The notes under the pieces were generated by a model. That model did not search any database. It was not told the DNA's origin and was given only the letters and a program-made list of their open reading frames with translations. A stretch of 64,000 nucleotides of DNA from Burkholderiales bacterium (lineage in GTDB: Bacteria > Pseudomonadota > Gammaproteobacteria > Burkholderiales > SG8-41). The stretch lies in the NCBI GenBank assembly GCA_035626595.1, contig DASPNJ010000083.1, forward strand, positions 12,795 to 76,794. The letters are read 5' to 3'. Below, piece by piece: positions 26,075-34,011 of the stretch. The number at the start of each line of letters is the position of its first letter. The stretch's first letter is position 1. Position numbers and translations under genes: made by a program.

Positions 26075-27051
26075 GACACCGAACGTTCGGCCGCACCGGC
26101 ATCGAAGTTTCCGAAGTGATCCTCGGCGCCGGCGCGGTCGGCGGCATCCTCATCCACAAGGACGATGCGACGAAGCGCGAAGCGATGCGTCGGGCGCTCG
26201 CCGGCGGCATCAACTGGATCGACACCGCGGCTCAGTACGGCAACGGCAAATCGGAGGAAGCGCTCGGCTGGCTGCTGCCGGAGTGCGGCGCGACGCCGTA
26301 TCTCTCGACCAAGTTCGGCCTGAACACCGAGAACCTCGAAGACATCCCGGCACGCATCGAGGAATCGCTCGAGGCGAGTCTCGCGCGACTGAAACGACCG
26401 TCGGTGGACCTGCTCCAGCTTCACAACCGCATCGGCTCCAAGACCGGCGGACGCGTGCTGACGGTCGAGCAGGTCCTCGGCAGAAACGGCGTCGCGGACG
26501 GTTTGGAGCGCCTGCGCGACAAAGGCCTGATCCGGCACATGGGCATCACGGCGATCGGTGAAGCCGCATGCGTGTGCGAAGTGCTGCGCAGCAAGCGCTT
26601 CGACTCCGCGCAGGTCTATTACAACCTGCTCAACCCCAGCGCGGGCCGCAGCATGCCGGCCGCGTGGACCGGCGAGAACATGGTCGGGGTCATCGAGACC
26701 TGCCGCGCGAACGGTGTGGCGGTGATGGCAATCCGCATATTCGCGGCAGGCGTGATCGCCACCGACGAGCGCACCGGACGCGAGAGCGTGCTGCTCAAGG
26801 ACACGAGCGTCGCGGAGGACGAGCGCAAGAGCAAAGCCGTGTTCGAGGCGATCGGCAGCGGCCACGGCACGCGCGCGCAGGTTGCGCTGCGTTTCGTGCT
26901 CTCCAACCCCGACGTGTCGTGCGCGATCATCGGCAGCGCGGAGCTCCACCACATCGACGAAGCGCTGGAGGCCGAGAAGATGGGGCCGCTTCCGCCCGAG
27001 GTGCTGGCGCGTCTGGACGCGCTGTATCAGAGCGACTTCGGTCGCGTATAA
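26071..27051 (+). CDS. Aldo/keto reductase
   Basis: MRHRTFGRTGIEVSEVILGAGAVGG ... INWIDTAAQYGNGKSE. ATGA overlap with the upstream gene. Confidence 0.9.
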   Translation: MRHRTFGRTGIEVSEVILGAGAVGGILIHKDDATKREAMRRALAGGINWIDTAAQYGNGKSEEALGWLLPECGATPYLSTKFGLNTENLEDIPARIEESLEASLARLKRPSVDLLQLHNRIGSKTGGRVLTVEQVLGRNGVADGLERLRDKGLIRHMGITAIGEAACVCEVLRSKRFDSAQVYYNLLNPSAGRSMPAAWTGENMVGVIETCRANGVAVMAIRIFAAGVIATDERTGRESVLLKDTSVAEDERKSKAVFEAIGSGHGTRAQVALRFVLSNPDVSCAIIGSAELHHIDEALEAEKMGPLPPEVLARLDALYQSDFGRV

Positions 27052-27065
27052 CGGACGCAGCCGGC

Positions 27066-27926
27066 ATGTCGATCAAGCTGAGGCGTCTTTCATTCTCACT
27101 GGGTGCGGAAGTCTGCGATATCGACTGCGCGGCGCCGATGAGCGAATCGGATTTCGGCGAGATCTACCAGGCCTTCCTCGACCACTGCATCCTGCTCTTC
27201 CGCAATCAGAACATCACGCGCGAGCAGCACCTCGAGCTCAGCCGCCGCTTCGGCGAGCTCGATCGCCACGATGCGTTTCCGAGCGACCGCCATCCGCAGT
27301 ATCCGGAGCTCATGGTCGTCACCAACGATCCCGCGCCCGACGGCACGCCTTCGGTGTCGCGTTATACCGGCCGGCGGTGGCACACGGATCTGTCGCAGAC
27401 GCTCGCGCCGTCGACGGGCTCGCTGCTGCGGTGCTGGCGCGCGCCGGAGATCGGCGGCGACACGCTGTTCGCCAACATGTATGCAGCCTACGACGCGCGC
27501 TCTCCGGGGATGCAGAAGCTGATCGCCGACCTCCACGCGGTGCACTACGCCGGCGACCGCAAGCTGGACAACACGAACGCGGACCGCGCGCACGCAGACG
27601 AGCAGCGCAGGATCAGCCCGCCGGTGGCGCACCCCGTGGTGCGCGTGCATCCGGAGACCGGACGCAGGGCGATCTACCTGGGCGAGAAAGTGAAGCGCTT
27701 CGACGGGATGACCGAGGAAGAGAGCCGGCCGCTCATCGACTGGCTGAACCGGCACGCCACGCGATCCGAGTTCGTCTATCGCCACCAGTGGCGGCCCAAC
27801 GACATCGTGCTGTGGGACAACCGCTGCACGATGCACCAGGCGCTGGGCGATTACGACCCGTCGCAAAGCCGCTACATGGAGCGCTCGACGATCGTCGGAA
27901 CGCCGCTCGGCTACACGGTGTCCTGA
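27066..27926 (+). CDS. TauD/TfdA family Fe(II)/2-oxoglutarate dioxygenase
   Basis: LGAEVCDID ... RRWHTDLS (HxD) ... DIVLWDNRCTMH. The listed 452-aa ORF starts inside the reductase gene. Confidence 0.9.
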   Translation: MSIKLRRLSFSLGAEVCDIDCAAPMSESDFGEIYQAFLDHCILLFRNQNITREQHLELSRRFGELDRHDAFPSDRHPQYPELMVVTNDPAPDGTPSVSRYTGRRWHTDLSQTLAPSTGSLLRCWRAPEIGGDTLFANMYAAYDARSPGMQKLIADLHAVHYAGDRKLDNTNADRAHADEQRRISPPVAHPVVRVHPETGRRAIYLGEKVKRFDGMTEEESRPLIDWLNRHATRSEFVYRHQWRPNDIVLWDNRCTMHQALGDYDPSQSRYMERSTIVGTPLGYTVS

Positions 27927-27928
27927 AC

Positions 27929-28819
27929 ATGTTCACGCGAATCGACCACGTCACGATCTGCGTTCCGGACCTCCAACGCGGCATCGAACAGTTCACGAAG
28001 CTCGGCTTCAACATGCACGCCGCGGGCGCGCATCCTGGTCGCGGCACGCACAACGCGATCGCGTTCAATACGGACGACTACATCGAGCTCCTCGCGATCC
28101 GTGACGAGACCGAGTACAAGTCGTCGGGCGGCCGGGCGGTCGGCTCGCAGGGCACGCTGCCGGAATTCATCGCGGCGGGCGGGGGCATCCGCTATGTCGT
28201 GATTCAGAGCGACGATCTCGTGGCGGACGTCGCGATGATGCGCGAGCGCGGCGTGGAGGTCGGCGATCCGGTCGACGGCGGGCGCCGCGCCCCTTCGGGT
28301 CACGATCTGCGCTGGCGGGTGACGACACTCGGCGCGGCCAATCCGCTGCCGCTCGTGTTCATCCAGCAGCTCACGCCGGTCGAAGAACGCCGCAAGCAGG
28401 TGCCCGGCGCCGGCGAGCACCCGAATGGTGTCTACCAGCTCGAGCGCGCGTACATCGTGACGGCCGATGTGGAAACCGAAGCCGCGACGTACGCGAAGGT
28501 GCTCGGCATGCCCCAGCCGAAGACGCACAAAGGCACGGTCATCATGTCCGACATGGCGGTGTTCGAGATCGGCCCGACCGGTCTGGGCATCGCGCAGCCG
28601 TACGCCGACGGTCCCGCATCAGCTGCGCTGAAGCGCCGTGGCCCCGGCCCGTTCCAGGCGCTGTACCGCACGAAGAGCATGGATGCGGCTGCGCGCTGGG
28701 CCGATTCACACGGTCTGCCGCCGCTCGCGCGCGGCGTGCGCAACACCGGCGAGCACGCGATGCTCGCAACGCCGGACGTCGCCTGCGGCGCCTACATCGG
28801 CTTCGTCGGCCCGCAATAA
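27929..28819 (+). CDS. Two-module VOC/glyoxalase-like protein
   Basis: MFTRIDHVTICVPDLQRGIEQFTKLGF ..., second module LERAYIVTADVETEAATYAKVLG. Start lies 2 nt after the TauD stop. Confidence 0.8.
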   Translation: MFTRIDHVTICVPDLQRGIEQFTKLGFNMHAAGAHPGRGTHNAIAFNTDDYIELLAIRDETEYKSSGGRAVGSQGTLPEFIAAGGGIRYVVIQSDDLVADVAMMRERGVEVGDPVDGGRRAPSGHDLRWRVTTLGAANPLPLVFIQQLTPVEERRKQVPGAGEHPNGVYQLERAYIVTADVETEAATYAKVLGMPQPKTHKGTVIMSDMAVFEIGPTGLGIAQPYADGPASAALKRRGPGPFQALYRTKSMDAAARWADSHGLPPLARGVRNTGEHAMLATPDVACGAYIGFVGPQ

Positions 28820-28876
28820 ACGTTTTGATCACCGCATCGCGGCTGGCGCGCCGAACGCGAACCGGCTCGCCCGCTC

Positions 28877-28896
28877 CGATGACTGCGGCTCAAATC
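28877..28896 (+). repeat. 20-mer CGATGACTGCGGCTCAAATC (family G)
   Basis: Its exact reverse complement is present at 17318-17337, inside the long hairpin. Confidence 0.7.
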
Positions 28897-28918
28897 ATTC
28901 AATGGGGTCAGGACGTTT

Positions 28919-28962
28919 CAATGGGGTCAGACTCGATTGATCAATCGAGTCTGACCCCATTG
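28919..28962. repeat. 44-nt perfect palindrome CAATGGGGTCAGACTCGATTGA|TCAATCGAGTCTGACCCCATTG
   Basis: Checked base by base. A partial direct copy (AATGGGGTCAGGA) lies at 28901-28913. Confidence 0.9.
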
Positions 28963-28978
28963 CACGCCGCGTTAACCC

Positions 28979-29031
28979 GTCATTCCCGCGAAGGCGGGAA
29001 TCCAGGTCCGTAGGGTGGGTGATAACCCACC
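28979..29031. repeat. Family B hairpin (GTCATTCCCGCGAAGGCGGGAATCCAG) followed by an inverted REP-A variant (CGTAGGGTGGGTGATAACCCACC)
   Basis: Read directly. Ends 5 nt before the ABM gene stop. Confidence 0.85.
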
Positions 29032-29036
29032 ACGCC

Positions 29037-29345
29037 TTATCCGGGGGACAGGACGTGAATCACGCGGCTCGCGAGCATGTCCTTCACCTTTGCCGCGTAC
29101 GCCGCCATGTGCGGTGCGGCGGCGTGGGCTTTCAGCGCCTGCGGATCGCGCCACTTCTCCACGAACACGAACGTGTCGAGGCCGAACTTCGTCTGGAAGC
29201 TGCCCATGCCCTCGGCGTCGAGCGCGAGGCTGTATTCGATGCAGCCGTCCTCCGCCAGCACGTTCGGGATGTTCGCGCGCGCGGCCTCCAGCACGGTCTC
29301 GCGCTGCCCCGGTTTTGTCGTGATGATGGCGATGACGTGGATCAT
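29037..29345 (-). CDS. Antibiotic-biosynthesis-monooxygenase (ABM) / quinol monooxygenase-like protein
   Basis: 102 aa: MIHVIAIITTKPGQRETVLEAAR ... FVEKWRDPQALKAHAAAPHM. Confidence 0.8.
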   Translation of the reverse strand: MIHVIAIITTKPGQRETVLEAARANIPNVLAEDGCIEYSLALDAEGMGSFQTKFGLDTFVFVEKWRDPQALKAHAAAPHMAAYAAKVKDMLASRVIHVLSPG

Positions 29346-29371
29346 GGCGTTGCTCCTCCCGTTGAAAGAGC

Positions 29372-29389
29372 GTGATTATGCGCGATCAC
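29372..29389. promoter_or_regulatory. Inverted repeat GTGAT-N8-ATCAC in the ABM/Crp divergent region (candidate operator)
   Basis: GTGATTATGCGCGATCAC read directly. The spacing does not match the canonical CRP or FNR consensus. Confidence 0.25.
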
Positions 29390-29462
29390 TTACGAAGCGG
29401 CCGATGACAGCGTCTGGATTTTTCAGGCATCATGAAGCTCCCCCGAAACGCACCGCACGCTC

Positions 29463-30104
29463 ATGACGCCCTTCCCCGGTCCGTTCCTGAACGTCGATGA
29501 AGCCCGGCTTCGCGAGCTCGCGCCGCACGGCGCGGTGCGCACGTTTCCCAAGAACAGCGTCGTGCTCAACGAAGGCGACCAGACGAACTCGCTGTACGTG
29601 ATCATGGCGGGGCGCGTGAAGGTGTACATGACGGGGGAGGATGGCCGCGAGCTCGTGGTGGCGACACTCAAGGCCGGCGAGTACTTCGGCGAGCTCGTAC
29701 TCGACGGCGGCCCGCGCGCCGCTTCCGTCATGACGCTCGAGCCGAGCCGCTTCTTCGTGCTGCCGCAGTCCGACGTGCAGGGACTGCTGCTCGGGCATCC
29801 GCTGTTCGCGCAGGAGCTCATCTTCAAGCTCATCGGAAAGGTGCGCGACCTCGACGTCAAGGTCCGCGATCTCGCGCTGAAGGATGTCTACGGCCGCTTC
29901 GTGAGCTTCCTCGAAAGCAGCGCCGAGGAGCACGCAGGCGAACGCGTAGTGCCGGAGCCGCTCACCCAGAGCGACATCGCGGCGCGCATCGGCGGCTCTC
30001 GCGAAATGGTGAGCCGCATCGTGCGGGATCTCACCGCCGGCGCCTACATCGCCGTCGAATCGAAGCGCATCCGCATTCTCAAGAAGCTGCCCGCGCACTG
30101 GTAA
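29463..30104 (+). CDS. Crp/Fnr family transcriptional regulator
   Basis: cNMP-binding pattern (LYVIMAGRVKVY ... GEYFGELVL ... RAASV) plus C-terminal HTH (TQSDIAARIGGSREMVSRIVRDL). Confidence 0.9.
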   Translation: MTPFPGPFLNVDEARLRELAPHGAVRTFPKNSVVLNEGDQTNSLYVIMAGRVKVYMTGEDGRELVVATLKAGEYFGELVLDGGPRAASVMTLEPSRFFVLPQSDVQGLLLGHPLFAQELIFKLIGKVRDLDVKVRDLALKDVYGRFVSFLESSAEEHAGERVVPEPLTQSDIAARIGGSREMVSRIVRDLTAGAYIAVESKRIRILKKLPAHW

Positions 30105-30267
30105 CACCGGCCGTCGTGCCGGGTGCCACTCCTCCTGGCGACGCCGCCGTGGCGCGTGTGCATACGACGCATTCTGCCTGCGTCACCTGACGGCGCGCGG
30201 CCGGCGCCCGGTCGCGAGAATGATCTCCATCGGAAGGCGATCAAGCCCCGACTTCAGACGGAGGCAC

Positions 30268-30480
30268 ATGAACGACGAAACACAAACCCAGGAAAGCATG
30301 ATTGCGACGATCTGCGCGGCGATCCTTCTTTTCGGCGCCGTCTACTGGACGACATATAGCCGTGCGCAGGTCTCACCCGCCCCGCAGCGGGCGGCGGTCA
30401 GCGCGCCCGCCTTCGAGTATTACCCCGCGCAGTTCACGAACCAGGCCGCGGATTACAGCGACCCGATTCCGACGTTCTGA
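30268..30480 (+). CDS. Small single-pass membrane protein, unknown function
   Basis: 70 aa, GGAGG 5 nt upstream of the ATG, one hydrophobic helix (IATICAAILLFGAVYWTTY). No family recognised. Confidence 0.4.
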   Translation: MNDETQTQESMIATICAAILLFGAVYWTTYSRAQVSPAPQRAAVSAPAFEYYPAQFTNQAADYSDPIPTF

Positions 30481-30498
30481 GCCGCGCGGCGCTCCATC

Positions 30499-30711
30499 AT
30501 GATCAGCGAATACGAAGCCGCGAAGCTGCAGTGTGACATGCGTCACGAACTCGATGGCACGGCTGCGGCTGTCGCCAAGTCCGCCGCGGGGCTCGCGATC
30601 CTCACTTTGGTGGCGCTGTTCGGCGCAGGTACGGTCGGCGATAGAGCCCCGAGCGGGATCGCGGCATCGCGACAAGCCACGGCCGAGCACGCGATGCGTG
30701 CGGACGACTGA
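30499..30711 (+). CDS. Small single-pass membrane protein, unknown function
   Basis: 70 aa, one hydrophobic helix (AAGLAILTLVALFGAG), GC3-rich codons, no clear SD. Confidence 0.3.
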   Translation: MISEYEAAKLQCDMRHELDGTAAAVAKSAAGLAILTLVALFGAGTVGDRAPSGIAASRQATAEHAMRADD

Positions 30712-30717
30712 CGCCTC

Positions 30718-31608
30718 TCAGCGCTTCGCGCTGCGCTCCTCCGCCAGCGACCGCACTACTTCCTGCCCGCTGCGCTCCGTACCGCGGCTTTGCTCCGGCG
30801 TTTCCTTACCCAGCGCAGTGCCGGCGACGAACTCGAAGATCTCGGCCGCCCCCTGGAACACTTTCGGGGTGATGCCCGCCGAGCCCAGCGTCTTCGAGAT
30901 CTCGATCATCTCGGGGACCCAGCGATACGCTTTCGGCGGCATCTTCGGGTACTGGCTGTACGCCCAGTCGAGCAGATCGGCGCGCGAGGCGCGTAGCTGC
31001 TGCTCGAGAAGCTCGGCCACGCCCAGGCGCTGCGCCGCCATCAGGATCTCGAGCCACAGCGCCTGCGTGCCCTTGTTGAGCCCGCCGTAACACATCTTGA
31101 GCGCGCTCGCGTCCGCGAGGCGCTCGCTCACCACCGTCACGACGAGCTGCGATCCGCCGATCGCCTGGAGGTCGGCAGCACCGGGGCCGGACACATACAG
31201 ATTGACCTTGGCCTTGCCGCGCGGCGGCGGTCCGATGAGGCCGCCGTCGAGAAATCGTCCGCCCGCGCCTTCGATGATCCGCGCGACCTCGTGCACGGTG
31301 TCCGGCGCGATGGCATTGCAGTCGACGATGAGCGTCTTGCGGCCGGTCGAGAGCAGCGCACCCGCGGCATCGCGCGCGAAATCCACCGCGGCGCCCGGGT
31401 TCATGACGGAGAGGATCACGTCGCATTCGGCGACCAAGCGCTCGATCGTGCCGACGTCGGTCAGGCCTGCGTCGCGCGCGAGCGCGCGGCTGCGCTCGCT
31501 GCGTTTGGCGAGCGCGGTGTAAACCGGAAAACCCTTCGCCTTGATCTGCATCGCGACGCCCTGCCCCATGTCGCCGGGGGTCATCAGGCCGACTTTTTCG
31601 ATCTTCAT
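30718..31608 (-). CDS. NAD(P)-dependent oxidoreductase (6-phosphogluconate/3-hydroxyisobutyrate dehydrogenase-like)
   Basis: N-terminal dinucleotide fold VGLMTPGDMGQGVAMQIKAKGFPV ... DVILSVMNPGAA. Confidence 0.7.
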   Translation of the reverse strand: MKIEKVGLMTPGDMGQGVAMQIKAKGFPVYTALAKRSERSRALARDAGLTDVGTIERLVAECDVILSVMNPGAAVDFARDAAGALLSTGRKTLIVDCNAIAPDTVHEVARIIEGAGGRFLDGGLIGPPPRGKAKVNLYVSGPGAADLQAIGGSQLVVTVVSERLADASALKMCYGGLNKGTQALWLEILMAAQRLGVAELLEQQLRASRADLLDWAYSQYPKMPPKAYRWVPEMIEISKTLGSAGITPKVFQGAAEIFEFVAGTALGKETPEQSRGTERSGQEVVRSLAEERSAKR

Positions 31609-31695
31609 GGCATTCCCTTCTCGTTGGACCCGCTACCTTAGAATCATCGTTCGACTTGGTCCAGCAGTCCGCAAAGTGGAAGCGAAAAGACCGCC

Positions 31696-32607
31696 ATGAA
31701 CCTGACCTTCACATCGCTGCATCCCGTTTTCGCCGCCGAGTGCTCCGGTGTCGACATCGGCGAGCCGATCACGCCCGAGACTGCGGAGGCGATCCACGAC
31801 GCCATGGACCGTTACGCGGTGCTCGTCTTTCGCCGTGGCACTCCGCTCACCACCGACCAGCATCTCGCGTTCACGAAAAGCCTCGGCAAGCTGGAAGCAC
31901 CGTACCGAAAGATCCACCCGGAGGTAGGCGCGCGCTTCGACAATCCGGCGCTCTCCGATATCTCCAATCTCACGCCCGGCGGCACGATCCTGCCGCGCGA
32001 CGATCGCAAGCGGGCTTTCTCGACGATCGGCAACCGGCTCTGGCACAGCGACAGCAGCTACAAGGCGATTCCCGCACGTTACTCGCTGCTCTGCGCACAC
32101 GTGATCCCGCCCGAAGGCGGCGACACCGAGTTCGCCGACATGCGCGACGCGTGGGATACGCTCGAGCCGGGTCTAAAGGAACAGGTGAAAGACCTCGTCG
32201 CCGAGCACAGCCGCATCTTTTCGAAAGGCGCGCTGGGTTTCACTTTCACCGAGCAGGAGCTCAAAGACTTCGCGCCGGTGCGGCAGCCGCTCGTGCGCGT
32301 GCACCCCAGCAGCGGACGGGTCTCGCTGTTCCTGTCGTCGCACGCGGGCCGCATCGTCGGCTGGCCCGTGCCGGAAGGACTGATGCTGCTGCGCGATCTG
32401 ACCGAACATGCGACGCAGCGCGAGCGCGTCTATCGTCACAAGTGGCGCGTCGGCGACCTCGTCATGTGGGACAACCAGGGGACCATGCACCGCGCACGGC
32501 TGTACGACGACCTCAGGTATCCGCGAGACCTGCGCCGCACGACGCTGACCGCAGGCGCGCCGGCCCTACCGTATTCGCAGAAGGAGACCCTCTCAGCGCA
32601 CGCCTAA
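31696..32607 (+). CDS. TfdA/TauD family Fe(II)/2-oxoglutarate dioxygenase
   Basis: FAAECSGVDI ... LWHSDSSY (HxD) ... DLVMWDNQGTMH. Confidence 0.9.
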   Translation: MNLTFTSLHPVFAAECSGVDIGEPITPETAEAIHDAMDRYAVLVFRRGTPLTTDQHLAFTKSLGKLEAPYRKIHPEVGARFDNPALSDISNLTPGGTILPRDDRKRAFSTIGNRLWHSDSSYKAIPARYSLLCAHVIPPEGGDTEFADMRDAWDTLEPGLKEQVKDLVAEHSRIFSKGALGFTFTEQELKDFAPVRQPLVRVHPSSGRVSLFLSSHAGRIVGWPVPEGLMLLRDLTEHATQRERVYRHKWRVGDLVMWDNQGTMHRARLYDDLRYPRDLRRTTLTAGAPALPYSQKETLSAHA

Positions 32608-32628
32608 GAACCAACGAGGAGGAGACAG

Positions 32629-33582
32629 ATGCAAGCGTCACGTTACGTTGCATGCACGTTGCTGATTGCAATCACCGGCGTCGCCGGTGCGCAGGATTAT
32701 CCGACGCGGCCGATACGGCTGGTCACGGCCGCGGTCGGCGGCGGCATCGACTTCACCGCCCGCCTGCTCGCGGCCGGACTCACGGAGCGGCTGAATCAGC
32801 AGGTGATCGTGGACAACCGCGGCGGCACCAACATCGCCATGCTGACGGTGGCCAAGGCCACACCGGACGGCTATACCCTGCTCGTCCACAACAACACCGT
32901 GTGGGTGTCGCCGCTGCTGGACAACGTGCCGTACGACCACGAGAAAGAGCTGGCGCCGATCACGCTCACCTCGCGCTCGCCGAACATCCTGGTCGTGCAT
33001 CCCTCGCTCGGCGTAGGCTCGGTCAAGGAGCTGATCGCGCTGGCGAAGGCGAACCCCGGAAAAATCGATTACGCATCGGGGCCGGTGGGCGCGTCGAACC
33101 ATCTTGCCGCGGAAGTGTTCAAGGCAATGGCCGGTGTGAATCTCGTGCGCATCGGCTACAAGGGCGGCGGACCCGCGTTGAACGATGTGCTCGCAGGCCA
33201 GGTGAAAGTGATGTTCGCGACCGCAGGCTCGGTGACGTCGCATGTTCAGGCTGGTCGGCTGAAGGCGCTTGGGGTGACGAGCGCCGAGCCGTCGCCACTC
33301 ATACCGGGGATGCCTACGGTCGCCGCCTCCGGCGTTCCCGGCTACTCCTCGGAGGCGATCTACGGTTTCTGGGCGCCGGGCAAAACGCCGGCGCGCATCA
33401 TGAAGCGGCTGCACGAGGAGGCGGTGCGGGTGCTCAACCAGCCGGAGATGAAGGAGCGGTTTTTCAAGTCCGGCGTCGAAGCGGTGGGCAGCACGCCGGC
33501 CGAGTTCGCGGCCGTGATCAAGTCCGAAAGCGCGCGGCTGGCGAAGGTGCTGCGCGCCGCGGGCATCAGTCAAAAGAGATAG
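32629..33582 (+). CDS. Bug family (TctC-like) substrate-binding protein
   Basis: Signal peptide, then YPTRPIRLVTAAVGGGID ... VDNRGGTN ... IGYKGGGP ... EFAAVIKSESARL. Confidence 0.85.
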   Translation: MQASRYVACTLLIAITGVAGAQDYPTRPIRLVTAAVGGGIDFTARLLAAGLTERLNQQVIVDNRGGTNIAMLTVAKATPDGYTLLVHNNTVWVSPLLDNVPYDHEKELAPITLTSRSPNILVVHPSLGVGSVKELIALAKANPGKIDYASGPVGASNHLAAEVFKAMAGVNLVRIGYKGGGPALNDVLAGQVKVMFATAGSVTSHVQAGRLKALGVTSAEPSPLIPGMPTVAASGVPGYSSEAIYGFWAPGKTPARIMKRLHEEAVRVLNQPEMKERFFKSGVEAVGSTPAEFAAVIKSESARLAKVLRAAGISQKR

Positions 33583-33597
33583 CCAAGGAGGAGCACC

Positions 33598-34011
33598 ATG
33601 CGCATCGATGGCGGATGCCACTGCGGTCATATCCGGTACGAAGCCGAAGTCGATCCCGAGAAGGTGTCGATCTGCCACTGCACCGACTGCCAGACGCTGA
33701 CAGGCACGGCGTATCGCGTGACGGTGCCCGCCGCGAAAGAAACATTCAGGCTGACCGGTGGTAAGCCGAAGATCTACGTTAAGACCGCAGAGAGCGGCAA
33801 CAAGCGCTGGCACGGCTTCTGTCCCGAGTGCGGCACGCCGATCTATTCGACCGCGCCGACAGAAGATCCGGCCAGCTATGGCCTGCGCGTGGGCACGGCG
33901 CGCCAGCGTGCGGAGTTGCCGCCGAAAGTACAGAGCTGGTGCCGCTCCGCGGCGCCGTGGTCGATGAACATCGAGTCGCTGCCGAAAAACCAGAAGGGGG
34001 CCGCTCGGTGA
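33598..34011 (+). CDS. GFA (glutathione-dependent formaldehyde-activating / CENP-V-like) zinc protein
   Basis: GGCHCGHIRY ... ICHCTDCQ ... FCPECGTP cysteine pattern, 137 aa. Confidence 0.85.
   Translation: MRIDGGCHCGHIRYEAEVDPEKVSICHCTDCQTLTGTAYRVTVPAAKETFRLTGGKPKIYVKTAESGNKRWHGFCPECGTPIYSTAPTEDPASYGLRVGTARQRAELPPKVQSWCRSAAPWSMNIESLPKNQKGAAR

Noticed and set aside
28919-28962. Palindrome centre TTGATCAA as an FNR/CRP box for the nearby Crp/Fnr regulator
   Set aside because: The half-sites abut instead of having the 4-6 nt spacer of FNR or CRP sites. The sequence is part of a repeat element downstream of two convergent genes, not in a promoter.
28825-29013. 62-aa ORF (MITASRL...MGSDSIDQSSLTPL...HSREGGNPGP)
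   Set aside because: It is encoded entirely by the stacked repeat modules (20-mer, palindrome, family B hairpin). Similar peptides arise wherever these repeats occur.
30268-30711. The two 70-codon ORFs as a toxin-antitoxin or holin-like pair
   Set aside because: There is no similarity to any toxin, antitoxin or holin family I recognise, no overlap or coupling between them, and no mobile-element context. They are kept only as low-confidence small membrane ORFs.
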